64,000 nt of DNA from Octopus sinensis (GCF_006345805.1 NC_043015.1:2232001-2296000); one strand, 5' to 3'; counted from the first letter of the stretch, positions 13,861 through 26,535 are shown. Notes: a model not told the origin generated them from the letters alone. Program-made: numbers and translations.

Positions 13861-13898
<38 letters not shown>

Positions 13899-15112
13899 AA
13901 AAGTTACCTATCTATCTATATATATATTCATATATACACAGCTATATTCCAAAGAATGTAGTGATTTAGATACAGTATTACTTAGCTCGCTAAAAGCATG
14001 CCCTTAAGTGTAAGTATGCAGAAAAAAGATTTTATCGCTAGAAGTACTTCGGATGGTAAATTGCTTCTCCAGGCAAATATGAATGCGTTGAATGAATTAC
14101 AATTTTGAAATCTGAATCAGTTTGCTTGTCCCTCTGAGGCAGCTTTATAAATTTATCGACGGCCTTGTTGGTCATTACAAACAATGCTGTTGTTTGTGGA
14201 AGGAATTTTCGATGTTTTCACATTAGATAACTGTTGCAACAAGCTTACTGAGTTTTGATAATAACATGAAAACAAATATAGTGTATGAATTTGTTTAGAA
14301 ATGGATAACAATGCCTGCTAGGCTTAGAAATTCCTTTCATTATATGAAGCAGTACCTACATATTTCTATTCATTTCGAAACTGAAAACCACAGAAATTCC
14401 AATGTCTGTCACGCACATTGTAAATGTGAGCTTTCATAGTCTCGCGAATGTTACAAAATGGAGTGTCAGCCGTTCAAATTTTAATATTCAATTCTAGAAA
14501 TAAGAAAATAATTACGGAAGCAAATGTTCTCTTGTTGCTTAGTCGAAGTGGAGGGTTTTTGTGCACAAAGGTGAATTGTATATCTCAGAATCACATGAAC
14601 AAAAATTCGGTGTCATTTTGATGAAAATTACATGTTATTACCAAAGGAATGATTTAGCTCTCATAGAAATAACAATTCGCGCATTTTTGCCTCTATCACC
14701 CATGGAGACTTTTATTAAAAAAAAAAAAAGATTTATCCACTATCTCTGTCCGTCTGTGTCTCTATCTCTCTGCATATGTATGTATGTATGTATATTTTGT
14801 AAATTATTTATAAATTTAACCTTTAAAGGTATTTTCTGATATGCTGGCCATTGACAATTTTTTTTTTTCTCGGAAAAAAAAAATTATCCTACATTAGTCA
14901 TAAATTTAAAAAAGTTCACTTCCGGATTCTCTCACTCTGTCAATGTTTCTAGTTCGAATCACACGTGTCTCGAAATGTGCCGAAGATTTTCTATTTTTGA
15001 CATATTTGGGTTAGTTAGATCTGCTCAGGACTTAGTGCTTCCTTTTTCCATGGGTATGAGTAAGTATTTTTCTTATATCCCACGTATTTATCGCTGAAGA
15101 GGGGAAAATTCT

Positions 15113-15314
15113 TACAACAGAAACAAGAAGAATGAATGGGAGAAAGTGATGTTAAAAGAGTGCAGCAGGATTCGCTACCAACCCCTGCCGGAGCTCCATG
15201 TAGCTTTAGGTGTTTTCGCTTAATAAACACACACAAGATCCGGTCTGGGGGTCGAAATCACGATCCTACGACCACGAATCCGCTGCCGTAACCACTGGGC
15301 TATTGCGCTTCCAC
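15113..15314 (-). mobile_element. SINE family C, 3'-truncated
   Basis: Minus-strand head gtggaagcgcaatagcccagtggttacggcagcgg; body shared with 22783, 37194 and 45976. Confidence 0.85.
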
Positions 15315-15331
15315 ATGTATATCTATACATG

Positions 15332-15424
<93 letters not shown>

Positions 15425-15590
15425 ATATACACACACCTAAATTCTCATCGGTGGCATATAACGGCTACGATTAAACTCAACTTACGTGAATCGTTTGAGA
15501 AAAAACCGTTTAAATCCTATGTTGAATTTCTATACGGTGAGTTTAAAGAACTAATTAAATGGGTGGCTTATTAGCAGCAATTAAAAGAGA

Positions 15591-15631
15591 TCACAAAATT
15601 GACGAACGATGCTGGTCCGTCAATTTTGTGA
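15591..15631. repeat. 14-bp perfect hairpin
   Basis: tcacaaaattgacg / cgtcaattttgtga with a 13-nt loop. Confidence 0.9.
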
Positions 15632-15697
15632 AAATAAGACTTAGATACGAAAATAAGTGTCTAATTAACTCTAAATCCACAAAACCCAGAGTTAAAA

Positions 15698-15750
15698 GCC
15701 GCTGACGAGAATTAAGGTGTCAACACCAAGATTCGAAATCGCAATACGGT
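15698..15750 (+). ncRNA. minimal type-I hammerhead ribozyme, intact core
   Basis: Stem I gccg/cggt; CTGACGA; stem II gaatt/gattc plus ggtg/cacc (loop tcaa); GAAA; stem III tcgcaa (near-palindrome of tcgcga); AUA cleavage triplet at 15744-15746. Confidence 0.75.
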
Positions 15751-17185
15751 GCTGCATATGCTAGGGACGAACTTACCTCCCTTTGTCAGTCATAACATTA
15801 GAGTACTCTGTGGTATTAGAGTTAATTTACGCCTCATTGTAGCATAAACCGTGCTGACTCCGCCATTTTTGTGACATATATTAATATTGACTTTAGGTTC
15901 TAATCACTAATAAGTCACACTTTTAATTATTTATGTATATGTATATATAATTACACATATATAACTAGCATAGTAGCGAGTTCAAAACTTTCTACAAATG
16001 ATGCAAATAGTAACTATTCTGAAAATTAATGGCCGTTCCTGCTTTAATATGACTGTTCCATACGGAACGACGTTACTACTACTTTTTAACCCTAGGCAGA
16101 CATATTCTGCAGCTGGTTAATGTTCTCAATCTGTGTCCAATATATTGCAAGCAGGGGAGCAAATACCTACCTGCTAGCGATTTGACAGTATCCGTAGACC
16201 AAACAGGTTTCAGGGTATTTTGGTAGGGGTTCTCTCCCTTGGCTGCAATATATCGGACTCAGGTTGTGTCGTTAACCAGCTAGAGAAGATGTCCTCCTGA
16301 GGCTAAAAAACATAGCAGCAACGTCATTTCGTACGAAGCAGCCATATTGAAATATCAGCAAACATTAATTTTTAGAGAACTTACTCTTTGCCTCCCTGAT
16401 AGAGATTTTAGAACTAGCTTCACAAATGCATGCACACAAAAATGTCTGTGTTCGACATATATATTTGTATACACACACACTTGCATCGTCATTATATATA
16501 CTTATAGAGGGATAGGGCAACTTAAATGTGTAAGGGAGAAAAGTTTAGAGATTATTAGGGGAGAATAGTTTAGAGACAAAGAATGCCCACTGTATAATGT
16601 CAATGAAACTTAGCTGATCGTATTTTTGCCCAGAAATGTGGGGTAGTAGATTGACCACAAGTGTGGGCTAGGAGATGGTGTTAGCTATTGAAGTAAATAA
16701 CATTAAAATAGTAAATTTTGAAACATTAGTGAAAGTATATGTTTATTGGGATTAAAAAGTTGATAAAAAAAAATTACCACTATATTATAGTAGACTGAAT
16801 TATGAAGTTTAGGTATGAAATAGATAAAGTAATAATGAATAATAAATATAATTAGTGATAGAATAAAATCATCGATATGTGGTGTACAGAAAAACTGATA
16901 AGGTTATAAATATATATATATATATTATATATATATATATATAGTATATATATATATATAATATATACAGTATGTGTATGTGTGTGCACGCGTGTGTGTG
17001 TATGTGTGTGTTTGTTTTTATAACTAATGTCTAATATAAGTAGGTGTTAATTAAATTGTAAATCAGAAGTTATGGGGTTATGGGAAGGATAAGAAGATAT
17101 TAAGATATTGATTTTAAAATAAAATAAGGTGAAATATTATATATAGTATGTAAATATATATATATATTATATATATGTGTGTGTG

Positions 17186-17232
<47 letters not shown>

Positions 17233-17583
17233 AATAAATATATTATACAATATATATGCATACATATAAGCTTAAAACGCATATCCTTGTACACGTTTCT
17301 TCTAATACACGCATAGTTGTTCGCACAGAAATACGTTCACACTAACTCATACACACATATACACATGTACACCCTCTCCATACGCACTAATACACCGCAC
17401 ATGCTTTTTCACACATATTCATTTGTGAAATTACACATATATCGTGTGTCACCGATGTCTCAAATCAATTTCTTACTTTTAAACTTGATTTTTTTTTATC
17501 TGTGTTGTTTCATGTGGTCTTGATAATTTTCTCTTATGGTAAAAGTTGTTAAAACTCCATATCTGTTCAGTATCGCCCCCTAT

Positions 17584-17614
17584 CGGATTACGAAACGCAT
17601 TGTTTCGTAATCCG
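17584..17614. repeat. 13-bp perfect hairpin
   Basis: cggattacgaaac-gcatt-gtttcgtaatccg. Confidence 0.9.
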
Positions 17615-19419
17615 GTTCTTTAACTGCTATCAACGGGAAATACCAAAATGTGGCTAAATTTGGTAACCTTTAAAGCTTAACTTTTACTCAAACCGTTAAA
17701 ACATTGACTGAGTTGGGCAATTAGTCTGCCAGATCGGAAGAAATTCAGCAATATCAGTGCCAATTTGGTAAGAGAAGAGTTTGAAAACGTATATCAATAT
17801 ATATTCTCTCTATGGCAGAAGAAACAGATATTTGTTTCCCCGCTATCACTTCTATAACGAAACACTATGTGCTGAAATATACAAGTAAATATATATATAT
17901 ATTATACAGTTTGTGTAGACTAAACTGAAATGTAATGAAATTTATTAATATATACAATATCAGTTTTGGCCATCTGTATGATGCTTTAAATAATAAATGT
18001 AGGTATTTATAAACAAATTCAACAAATATATGTGCTCTGAAGAGGAAACGAGTTTAACCTTAGTGGTTGTCATTAAAATAATATTTACACACTTTCTCGT
18101 CAGATCAACTATGGTCTAATTCGAGGTGAGTATAACAAGTTTTATGACTCTCCGTAGACAGCTCAAAATGTATTACAGGTTCTGCAATGTGGTTTGATAA
18201 GTTTAATCTGCAATTTTTCCTTCGTCGAAACATCTTTTACATTTGATAAATTTCATTAGATGACAACTTACTGCAGTCGAGAAAACCTGTACTGTTTATT
18301 ATAAGAAATGCTTTATATTGTATTGTCAGGTTATCATACATATGCTTCCGTTGCGTAAATAATTAATTAGTTAATATATTTGCAGTTGTGTTTGAAAGTT
18401 TGTCTGTGAGAAGGTCGGTTTTTAAGAGTGTTTGTGTTAGATAATTAACAGACTTCTCGAGTAGTGAAGGTTGTTGATCGAAATAAAATTATTGTCATTT
18501 ACGTTATCTTTCAAACTGATCTTTTCTCGATTCTTTGACTTCAAGACTTCAATTGACTCTATCATTTTTGGTAATCTACATCGTGTCGTTATTTGGAGAC
18601 TTGATGGCGCTTAGATAAAGTTGGAATATCTCCCCTTAAGGAGTTGAACAGCGTCTGATGCACTTTACTTTCTGATTAGAAAAGAATAGGCCTGCTAACA
18701 AATCCAAAGTAGATATCATATCCTGAAAGCAATTAGCTAATTACAACAGTATAAGTGACAATTGCAATATTCCTGAGTGGACTCTATCTAATATAGATGG
18801 AATACTGACGGATATCAACTGCAAGCAATTATAACATTTCGAAGGTTTGGTAAGAATGGATATTGGTGTTAGTGGTCATGAGCAGAAAACAGTGAATTCT
18901 CAAGTGGTAGAAGCAAATCTATTTCCGATTAAGCAGAAGGCACTTAGACTTAAATTATTCGTTCGAAACGGAAGTCAATTCCTTTCATGATCAACAATTA
19001 ACATAAAATGATTTCTAATTAGAAATTTTAGCAAATTGTGCCTGCGTGAATATTTGTATTAAAATAGATTCTAAATGCATAACCATGCTTCTGATATAAA
19101 TATTCTTTGCCGTTAAACATATCAAATTATTAGTGGTCATGATATTAACACTCAAAGTACTGGTAAAGTCGGATTTGTACGTCTCCTTGTCTCCGATGAG
19201 TCTCGATTAATGCATATAGAAACTCGATGTGCTGTAGGTGAATTCTTTATGAATTTAACATATGCTGGAATAGCAGTGCGCAATATACTTCTTCCATCAA
19301 ACGGAAGAACAGTGTACTAAGCAACAAAAGAATATTCTAACGGTATACTAACATCAGAACATCGTACGACCTAATTTATCAATGTAATAATATATAAAGG
19401 AGAAAAGTATATATATAAA

Positions 19420-19710
19420 GGAATGTATAAACAAAATGATGGTAAATTTCTTTTTAAATCGTTGACTCATCGTAGACATTTTTAGAGAGTTACTTCCCTT
19501 ATATAATAGCGAAAAAGATACATTAAAATGGAAAAAATGACGGTAAATTATATATAAAATCGTAGACGCGCGCTAATACCCAGAAGGGATCGATATGAAT
19601 CACGACTATAAGATACCCGGTTTTGGTTAAACTGCACCGCAAAATGTGGGAGTATTTAGGAATCTAAATCGTAGGAGACTGACTCACAGCCTTACTTTTA
19701 TATATAGAGA
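19420..19710 (-). mobile_element. probable 5' part of a non-autonomous Helitron-like element
   Basis: Minus strand begins A|TCTCTATATATAAAAG followed by a degenerate GTCT-like tract and internal subrepeats (aaatga[tc]ggtaaatt..aaatcgt); no 3' CTAG seen. Confidence 0.5.
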
Positions 19711-19843
19711 TATATAAAGGAAATAATTTATCTTAAGATCAGACGATCAGCTAATTGTGTTTATAAAATCATGTTCCCATTCTCCAGAAAATATTTGTTG
19801 TAAAACTAATCTTAATTGACACAGCATTAATAACTCTGATATA

Positions 19844-20682
19844 TACAAGGAGTACCTAAAAATAATCAGAATTGTTGCAGTGTTATTTCAATTACTCAGT
19901 TTTACATGTTTACGCTTTTGTCGCCTTCAAAGTATTCACCATGTGAAGCAATGCATCGGTCCAGGCCCCTTTTTTTCCCTATTCCAAGAATTGTTGGAAC
20001 TCTTGCAAAAGGATGTCTTTTAACGTCTCTGTCGTTGTTTTCTTGAGGTATTCCACATCTGCAAATTCCGTCGCATCAGCTTTTGTCACCAGCTCCGACC
20101 ATCCTGAACGAGGTGGTCCTCAACCGGCATGTGACCATTCCTAAAGCGTGGAAACCACTCGTAGGCTTATGTTTTGCTCATGGAAGCGTCGTTGTAAGCT
20201 GTTTGAAGCATGACAACAGTATTGGCTGCTATTTTCACTCAGCAGAAAAAACGGAATTTCACGGCAACACGCTGTCCCTTCGTTTCAGCCATCGCAATAA
20301 TCGACGAACAGGGAAGAAGCAGTGCAAAACATAGACGCACCACGTGACAGTACGACTGCTGTTGACGACGCTGGTTCGCATATTGGCGGTCTAGGTTTTG
20401 CCGTTACGTTCTGAGTTCAAATTCCGCCAAGGTCGACTTTGCCTTTCATCCTTTCGGGGTTGATAAATTATGTACCAATTACGCACTAGGGTCGATATAA
20501 TCAACTCAATCCCTTTGTCTGTCCTTGTTTGTCCTATCTATGTGTAGCCCCTTTTGGGTAGTAAAGAAATAAGACTGGCGGTCTAGGGTCGCATCAAGTG
20601 GCTTTTAGTAGCGGAAGACGAAACTACAACGAGTTTCTCCCACAGAGAACATTTCCGGTTACATTTAGTTACCCCCCTGTTA
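19844..20682 (-). mobile_element. internally deleted mariner (irritans-like) with both TIRs, interrupted by a SINE
   Basis: TIRs tacaaggagtacctaaaaataatcagaa and ttccggttacatttagttacccccctgtta; minus strand encodes a broken MAETKGQRVAVKF...YEWFPRFRNG N-terminus joined to a DRCIASHGEYFEGD C-terminus. Confidence 0.88.
20396..20575 (+). mobile_element. 5'-truncated SINE family A with 12-bp TSD, nested in mariner
   Basis: TSD tggcggtctagg at 20384-20395 and 20576-20587. Confidence 0.92.
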
Positions 20683-21476
20683 ATACGTACTTAATGCACA
20701 GGCAGATAATGATATACTAATGTTTCAATCCACCTGTCGAAAGTCGAGCTCTACAGAAAGTGTTAACAGGAAACAAGATATATATCACATCTGATAGAAC
20801 CCGCGCTTAACCGGGAGCATATACGCTGTAGTGTCCTTAACAAAGTTCAAAGGTGTAAGTAACATGATGATGAAGACGATGTAGATACATGCAGCATAAA
20901 TATAGGGTTAGGGATTCAAGAATTCAATTAAATGCATTACTGAGTTCTTTCGAGGAGGTCACCAATTTTTGGTACTCAGCAAACAAAATACGAAATATTA
21001 CAGTGCATAGGACAGGTATTTGTTGTAATGATGTTGTTCCATTCATAGATGAAACACACAAAAACAGCTAGCACGACTGCTTTATATAATGATAGTTACC
21101 AACACGTCCTAACCTTTTTCCAATGGACGTGCTGTATATTTTTAACTAGCGCATCTCCGAATGTCTCACCGCGTGGGATCTCGTTGAGATAACACGACTT
21201 ATATAAGAAAAACCATAGCATAAACATCTCTCCTACACTTATGAGATTTAATGCATGCAACCAATCATAGTAATCCAAGCATCCTTGTACAGAAAGTCAG
21301 TGCTCTAGGAGTATGCTTCGTGGATATTTCACACGCAATGAAAGGGAAATCAAGCTGGAACACAACATGAAATGCTACAAGTCGAACGAGACTTTGGAAC
21401 ATCTGCAAAGGGCAAGGAAATTCACATTCATTTGTGTATACACTTTTCTAACACACACACACATATATATATATAT

Positions 21477-21686
21477 ACAGTTCTCTATTTAAGAGATGAG
21501 GAATTGTGTACATTATTTACATTGTTTACATTCGACGGATATCTGTCCTCATCTTGTTTGTTGTTAACACAACGTTTCGGCTGATATGCTCTCCAGTCTT
21601 CTTCATGTGTGTCGGGGAAATTTCGAACGTAGGTTCTTATTCCTTAGGTATTTTTCGATGCTGTTGTTGTTATCATCATCATCATC

Positions 21687-21761
<75 letters not shown>

Positions 21762-21836
21762 GTTGTTGTTCGGAATAAATCGAACTCGGGATCTTGTGGT
21801 TAGTATCCCGTGCTCTCAACCACCACGCCATATCCC
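21477..21836 (-). mobile_element. composite element: tRNA-like head + (AAT)n linker + hammerhead-bearing tail
   Basis: Minus: A box tggcgtggtgg (21820-21830), B box gagttcgatt (21778-21787), (AAC/AAT/GAT)n at 21660-21770, then HHR motif at 21567-21612 and an approximately 90-nt tail ending next to (TA)n. Confidence 0.65.
21567..21612 (-). ncRNA. minimal hammerhead motif with loopless palindromic stem III (core damaged)
   Basis: Minus: acac-ATGAAGA-agactg..cagcc-GAAA-cg-TT-gtgt; AACGTT palindrome; C3 is replaced by A. Confidence 0.6.
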
Positions 21837-22782
21837 AGTGGCATATCAACCGAAACATATATCCCCAGAGAGAGAGCGAAAGAGCGAGAGAGTTTATCTT
21901 TTATTTTTTTACGTTTCATTCATTAAACTGTAGCCTTGCTGGGGCACCGACTTAATAGATATAAAGATTTGCGTTTATATCAATTTCTATATAGAGGCAG
22001 ATGCGCATTGAAGTGAAAGATTATTGAATATTTTTTTATAGAGTACATTATTAAAATTTGAGACATGACTGTTGTACGCAAGACGAGAACGATCTTGATG
22101 TCCAACGCATTCTTTATACAGTATAGAGAACACATACATACGCAAGTGGACGGACAGAAACCACGCCCACGCAAACACATAGACATACAGATAACAAAGT
22201 ATACATAATTTGTGATGCAGGCATCACATACACACGGTAGTTACAATTGACATAAAATATTTTCTTTACTAAGAATACTACACATGTTTCTCAAGAGCCT
22301 AGAGAACTGCGGAAAAGTACTTAGGATATAAATAAAGGAAAAACTCAGAAGCAAAAAACTGCTTATACTGGGAAAATAAGGAATATTCGTAAATATTTTG
22401 TGAAATAACCATTAACGTCACATGATGACAGCTAGTAAATTGAAAAACTCAACGGTGCAAAAGAATATCAACCAGTTACGTACGACATTTGGACAAAAAT
22501 TTCTCCTACGTCAATGTATACATATATGCAAAGATGCAAAGATAAATACATGGACACATAAACATGTTTTCTTAAATGCAAACACGCGAGGCAAATAATT
22601 ATATACAGAGAAATAAATAGATATACAAGAGTAAACAAATAATTCAGATGCTTACAAAAGTGTAGGCCTGCCTCACATAATTGTATACATATATACATTC
22701 AAACATGGGTGCGAAGTTCCTTATACACACACATACACACACACACATATATATAGACATATACATATAGCAATGTATGAAT

Positions 22783-23164
22783 GGCGCTCCGTCGATTACG
22801 ACGACGAGGTTTCTAGTTCATCCGATCAACGGAACAGACCGCTGGTGAAATTAACGTGCAAGTGGATTAAAATTTTCACAGACACACGTACATTTTACGT
22901 AGTTTTGGGGAAGATTCTTCGAAACACACAGTGTGACAAGGTCGGTCCTTTGAAATAAATGTGCAACAGAAACAGGATGAAAGAATGAGAGAAAGTTGTA
23001 GTGAAATAGTACAGCAAGGTTCGCCACCATCCCCTGCCGGAGCGTCGTGGGGCTTTAGGCGTTTTCGCTCGATAAACACTCAAAACGTCCGGTTTGGGAA
23101 TCGAAATCGCGATACTACGACTGCGAGTTCGCTGCCATAGACACTGGGCCATTGCGCTTCCACA
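22783..23164 (-). mobile_element. full-length SINE family C (tail type 1) with 11-bp TSD
   Basis: tRNA-like head at 23090-23163; TSD aatgtatgaat at 22772-22782 and 23165-23175. Confidence 0.9.
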
Positions 23165-23194
23165 AATGTATGAATATTGATAGATATATTATAT

Positions 23195-23405
23195 ACTCTT
23201 TTATTCTTTTATTCTTTTATTTCTTTCAGTCATTTGAGTAGGCCATGATGGAGCACCACCATTAGTCGAGAAAACTGACCCCGGGACTTATTCTTTGTTA
23301 GACAAGTGTTTATTATATCAATTAATTTTTTACCGCACCGCTAAGTTACGGGGGTGTAAGCACACCCGCATCGTTTGTCAAGCGATGGTTGGGTTTGAAG
23401 AACCA
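23195..23405 (-). mobile_element. 3' half of SINE family B
   Basis: cttttatt tail repeats, ggagcaccaccattagtcgag, ccgctaagttacgggg. Confidence 0.8.
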
Positions 23406-23419
23406 CACACACATGCACA

Positions 23420-24077
23420 TCTATTATATAAAATCCGTTCCGTGTGTGTCTTCTAGGGTTGCGCTGAAATTTGATATGTAGATAACGACAGTATCAGGGC
23501 ATGTATAAGTCTTCAAAAAAGTGCAAAAATCCATTCCAGGTGAGAATAGGATCGATAATGCCGTGTGAACGTGTATTTGTACTCGCAAGTACATCAGCTG
23601 TTGCGATCTATACGACTCGTACGCGAGAAAAATGCACGTGCAGTTAAGGCAAAAAGATCATCATGCTTTCCCATCTTGAAATCTCAAACTAAACCATTTG
23701 CATGCATCGTTTTTGTCCTGCTTTTCTTCCGCCAACTGCACCTTCCATTTTTGTTGTTTTTGCACTGCTTAAAGGCACGTTTCTTTCATGACAAGCTTAC
23801 TATTTAAACTATGTTTGTGTTCTCCCAGTCAGCAGCCTTATAATTACTGGTACTTAAAACTCTTCAGTTACATATTTCTTTGAATAAAATAGTTTTTCTT
23901 TGGAATAGAAAAAAAAGTGTATCTTTATTTCTTCTTTTGCTGGTGTCCCAAATTTAGGTTAAGTCAGTTGTTGTAAAAGAGGAGGCCTATGGGAGCGTCG
24001 GACAAATGGTTTGGGGAAAATTCGGTTTAAATGTCTGACAACTCAGCACCGTCCATTGGATGGGGGCGTTTTGCTCG
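23420..24077 (+). mobile_element. non-autonomous Helitron-like element, copy 1
   Basis: A|TCTATTATATAAA 5' end, 3' hairpin ccgtcca-t-tggatgg, terminal CTCG (CTAG variant) followed by T, no TSD; homologous to 46393-46830. Confidence 0.8.
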
Positions 24078-24086
24078 TATACATAC

Positions 24087-24121
<35 letters not shown>

Positions 24122-24844
24122 CGTGTGTGTGTGTGCGTGTGTGTGTGTGTGTGTGTATATATATCTATAGCCTCTGATAATGTAACCTTATATAATTTAC
24201 TCCTTCGTTCGTTTTTCGTAAGCACCAATATTTATTTGACTTATATTGTCACTCATAGAACCTATAGTATACACTTTGTAGTTATTAACTTCTATTTGTT
24301 TTATCATTCATTTCTTTACAGAACGTTTTTGGTATCGACATTTTAATTCTTACTTTAAAATATCTTGTACTCATCTTACATGGTTTAATTTCATCATTTC
24401 CATGAATTTCATAATTATTTCTTTCAATATATTAGCATGTGGCATTATCTTCTCACTGCCTATGTTCATAACATTTTCCATAGAATTCTATAGAAGTTTA
24501 ATCATTTTTATGTGTCCTCCAAAAATTCTCATTTCTTTTCCTAAAATATGTTTTTTTTTTCCTTAAAACATTTATTCTTATTTCATTTTTATTTTATTTT
24601 ATGTACGACTAACACTTTGTCACATTTACAACTATGGACCATCCTTCTTAGACGATAACACTGTTGCTATGACTTCTTTTACTTTCATCTTAATTGCCAT
24701 GTTTATCATTATGTTTTTGTATTTTATTGATAGGCGTGGCTCTGTGGTACAAAGCTTGGTTCCCAACCGCACGGTCCAGGTTTAGTCTTCTACAATATAT
24801 CCGGACAGGAACAGAAATAACCTCGACAAGATAAATATTTAAAC

Positions 24845-24908
24845 CACCTGATGAATGACTGTAACTCGAAAATTTAAAGAAATTAACAGCCATGAGACGA
24901 TCGTAGTG
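24845..24908 (+). ncRNA. hammerhead motif (GAAA mutated to GAGA) in a PLE-like terminal fragment
   Basis: cac-CTGATGA-atgactgtaa...ttaacagccat-GAGA-cgatcg-TA-gtg; downstream 24971-25029 is similar to 61747-61805. Confidence 0.65.
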
Positions 24909-25122
24909 TGATATTAATTTATTTTTTAATAATTTTGTTATATATTTAAATAATATAAATTAAATAATCTTATGTATTGGCTTAAGTTTTTCATTGTATG
25001 ATTTGCCTAATAGTGGTTTTGTCTCTAATTTAATATAATATAATATTTTAGTATAAAATTGGATTCAATCCTAAATCTGATTTTTCCCTGTAAGTTTGGA
25101 TTTATTCCCTAATATATATTAT

Positions 25123-25178
<56 letters not shown>

Positions 25179-25240
25179 ATGTGTGTGTTTGTGTGTGTGT
25201 GTATGTGTGTGTGTCTGTGTGTGTATGTATGTATGTATGA

Positions 25241-25283
<43 letters not shown>

Positions 25284-25292
25284 CACACACAC

Positions 25293-25450
25293 ATGACTGG
25301 CTGCTTTCCGTTTCCGTCTACCAAACCCACTCACAAGGCATTTGTCGGCTCTAGGCTTTAGCAGAAGACACCTACCCAAGCTGGCGCGCTGTGAGACTGA
25401 ATCCGGAACCATGTAGTTGGGAAGCAAGCATCTTAACACAGCCACATGCA
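25293..25450 (-). mobile_element. 5' half of SINE family B
   Basis: gtttccgtctaccaaacccactcacaaggc...cggaaccatgtagttgggaagcaagc. Confidence 0.8.
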
Positions 25451-26303
25451 TACATATATGTGTATGTGAGCGTCTAAGTGTGGGGGATGTCAGGGTGTCT
25501 TTGTGTGTGTGTTTAGCAACACCAATGCTTGTCGACCAGTGTCAGTTTTTTTATGTCCTCTTAACCTAGCATTTTCGCAATTGAGACTGACGGATGGAGT
25601 ACTAGATTTTAAGATAAAATGTATGGTGTCGATTTGTTCTACTAAATCCTTGAACCGCAGCCTAACGAGTAAAAATGTTAAGAGTAAACATGGAAAGAGT
25701 AAACAAATTACTTTTATCAATATTCTGCTATTTACGCAGGTTGGCGGAAAAGTTCATATACTGACTATTTGAAAATGATCCTACAACTGTGAAATATTAC
25801 GTACATTAATTTCAGCCCTTTTATTAATACCTTTTTGAAAAATTCTTTCCAGCAAAACTGACATGCAACAACTGTAACAAATAGTAACTTGTTTTGAAAA
25901 TATGGCAGTGTGATTTTATCAATTACCTGCAGTAAAAAGAACACTCAATGCAAATATGGCTGCTATATTAGAAGATGACGCTCCAGCCTTGACATCAGTG
26001 CAAAGGTGGGCAGAATAATTTAAGAGAGGAAGATAAGAGTCTTAAAGGTCTGGAGGTCCTACAAAAATGCTACTCCCGAGGAAAGAATTGATCGCTTCTC
26101 TACATAGTGATGGATGTCAGGTGATTGACTAAAAATCAAATAACCAATACTGTTGGCTGATCGCGTGTGAGAGTTGGGAATATCACGAACAACGAAGTTA
26201 GCATGGCGATGGTTTGTGCTGTCTGGGTTGAACGTCTTGTGACATATATTCACAAGAGCGACACGCAGATCACATCACTGGAATATCTGAGTAAACGGTA
26301 TTG

Positions 26304-26535
26304 AAGGCGGCGAGCTGGCAGAAACGTTAGCACGCCGGGCGAAATGCTTAGCGGTATTTCGTCTGCGTTACGTTGTGAGTTCAAATTCCACCGAGGTCGA
26401 CTTTGCCTTTCATCCTTTCGGGGTCGATAAATTAAGTACCAGTTACGCACTGGGGTCGATGTAATCGACTTAATACCTATGTCTGTCCTTGTTTGTCCCC
26501 TCTATGTTTAACCCCTTGTGGGTAATAAAGAAATG
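26304..26535 (+). mobile_element. full-length SINE family A, tandem unit 1
   Basis: aaggcggcgagctggcagaaacgttag tRNA-like head, B box gagttcaaattcc, central gcctttcatcctttcggggtcgataaattaagtaccag (resembles the Meta/MESC SINE domain, from recall). Confidence 0.93.

Noticed and set aside
18030-18620. CTGAAGAgGAAAC motif and a minus-strand SSNEIY..KCKRC GIY-YIG-like trace
   Set aside because: No room for stem II; the peptide similarity needs frameshifts and is too weak.
19185-19235. CCGATGA...GAAAC hammerhead-like motif
   Set aside because: Stem II and the cleavage triplet are not recoverable.
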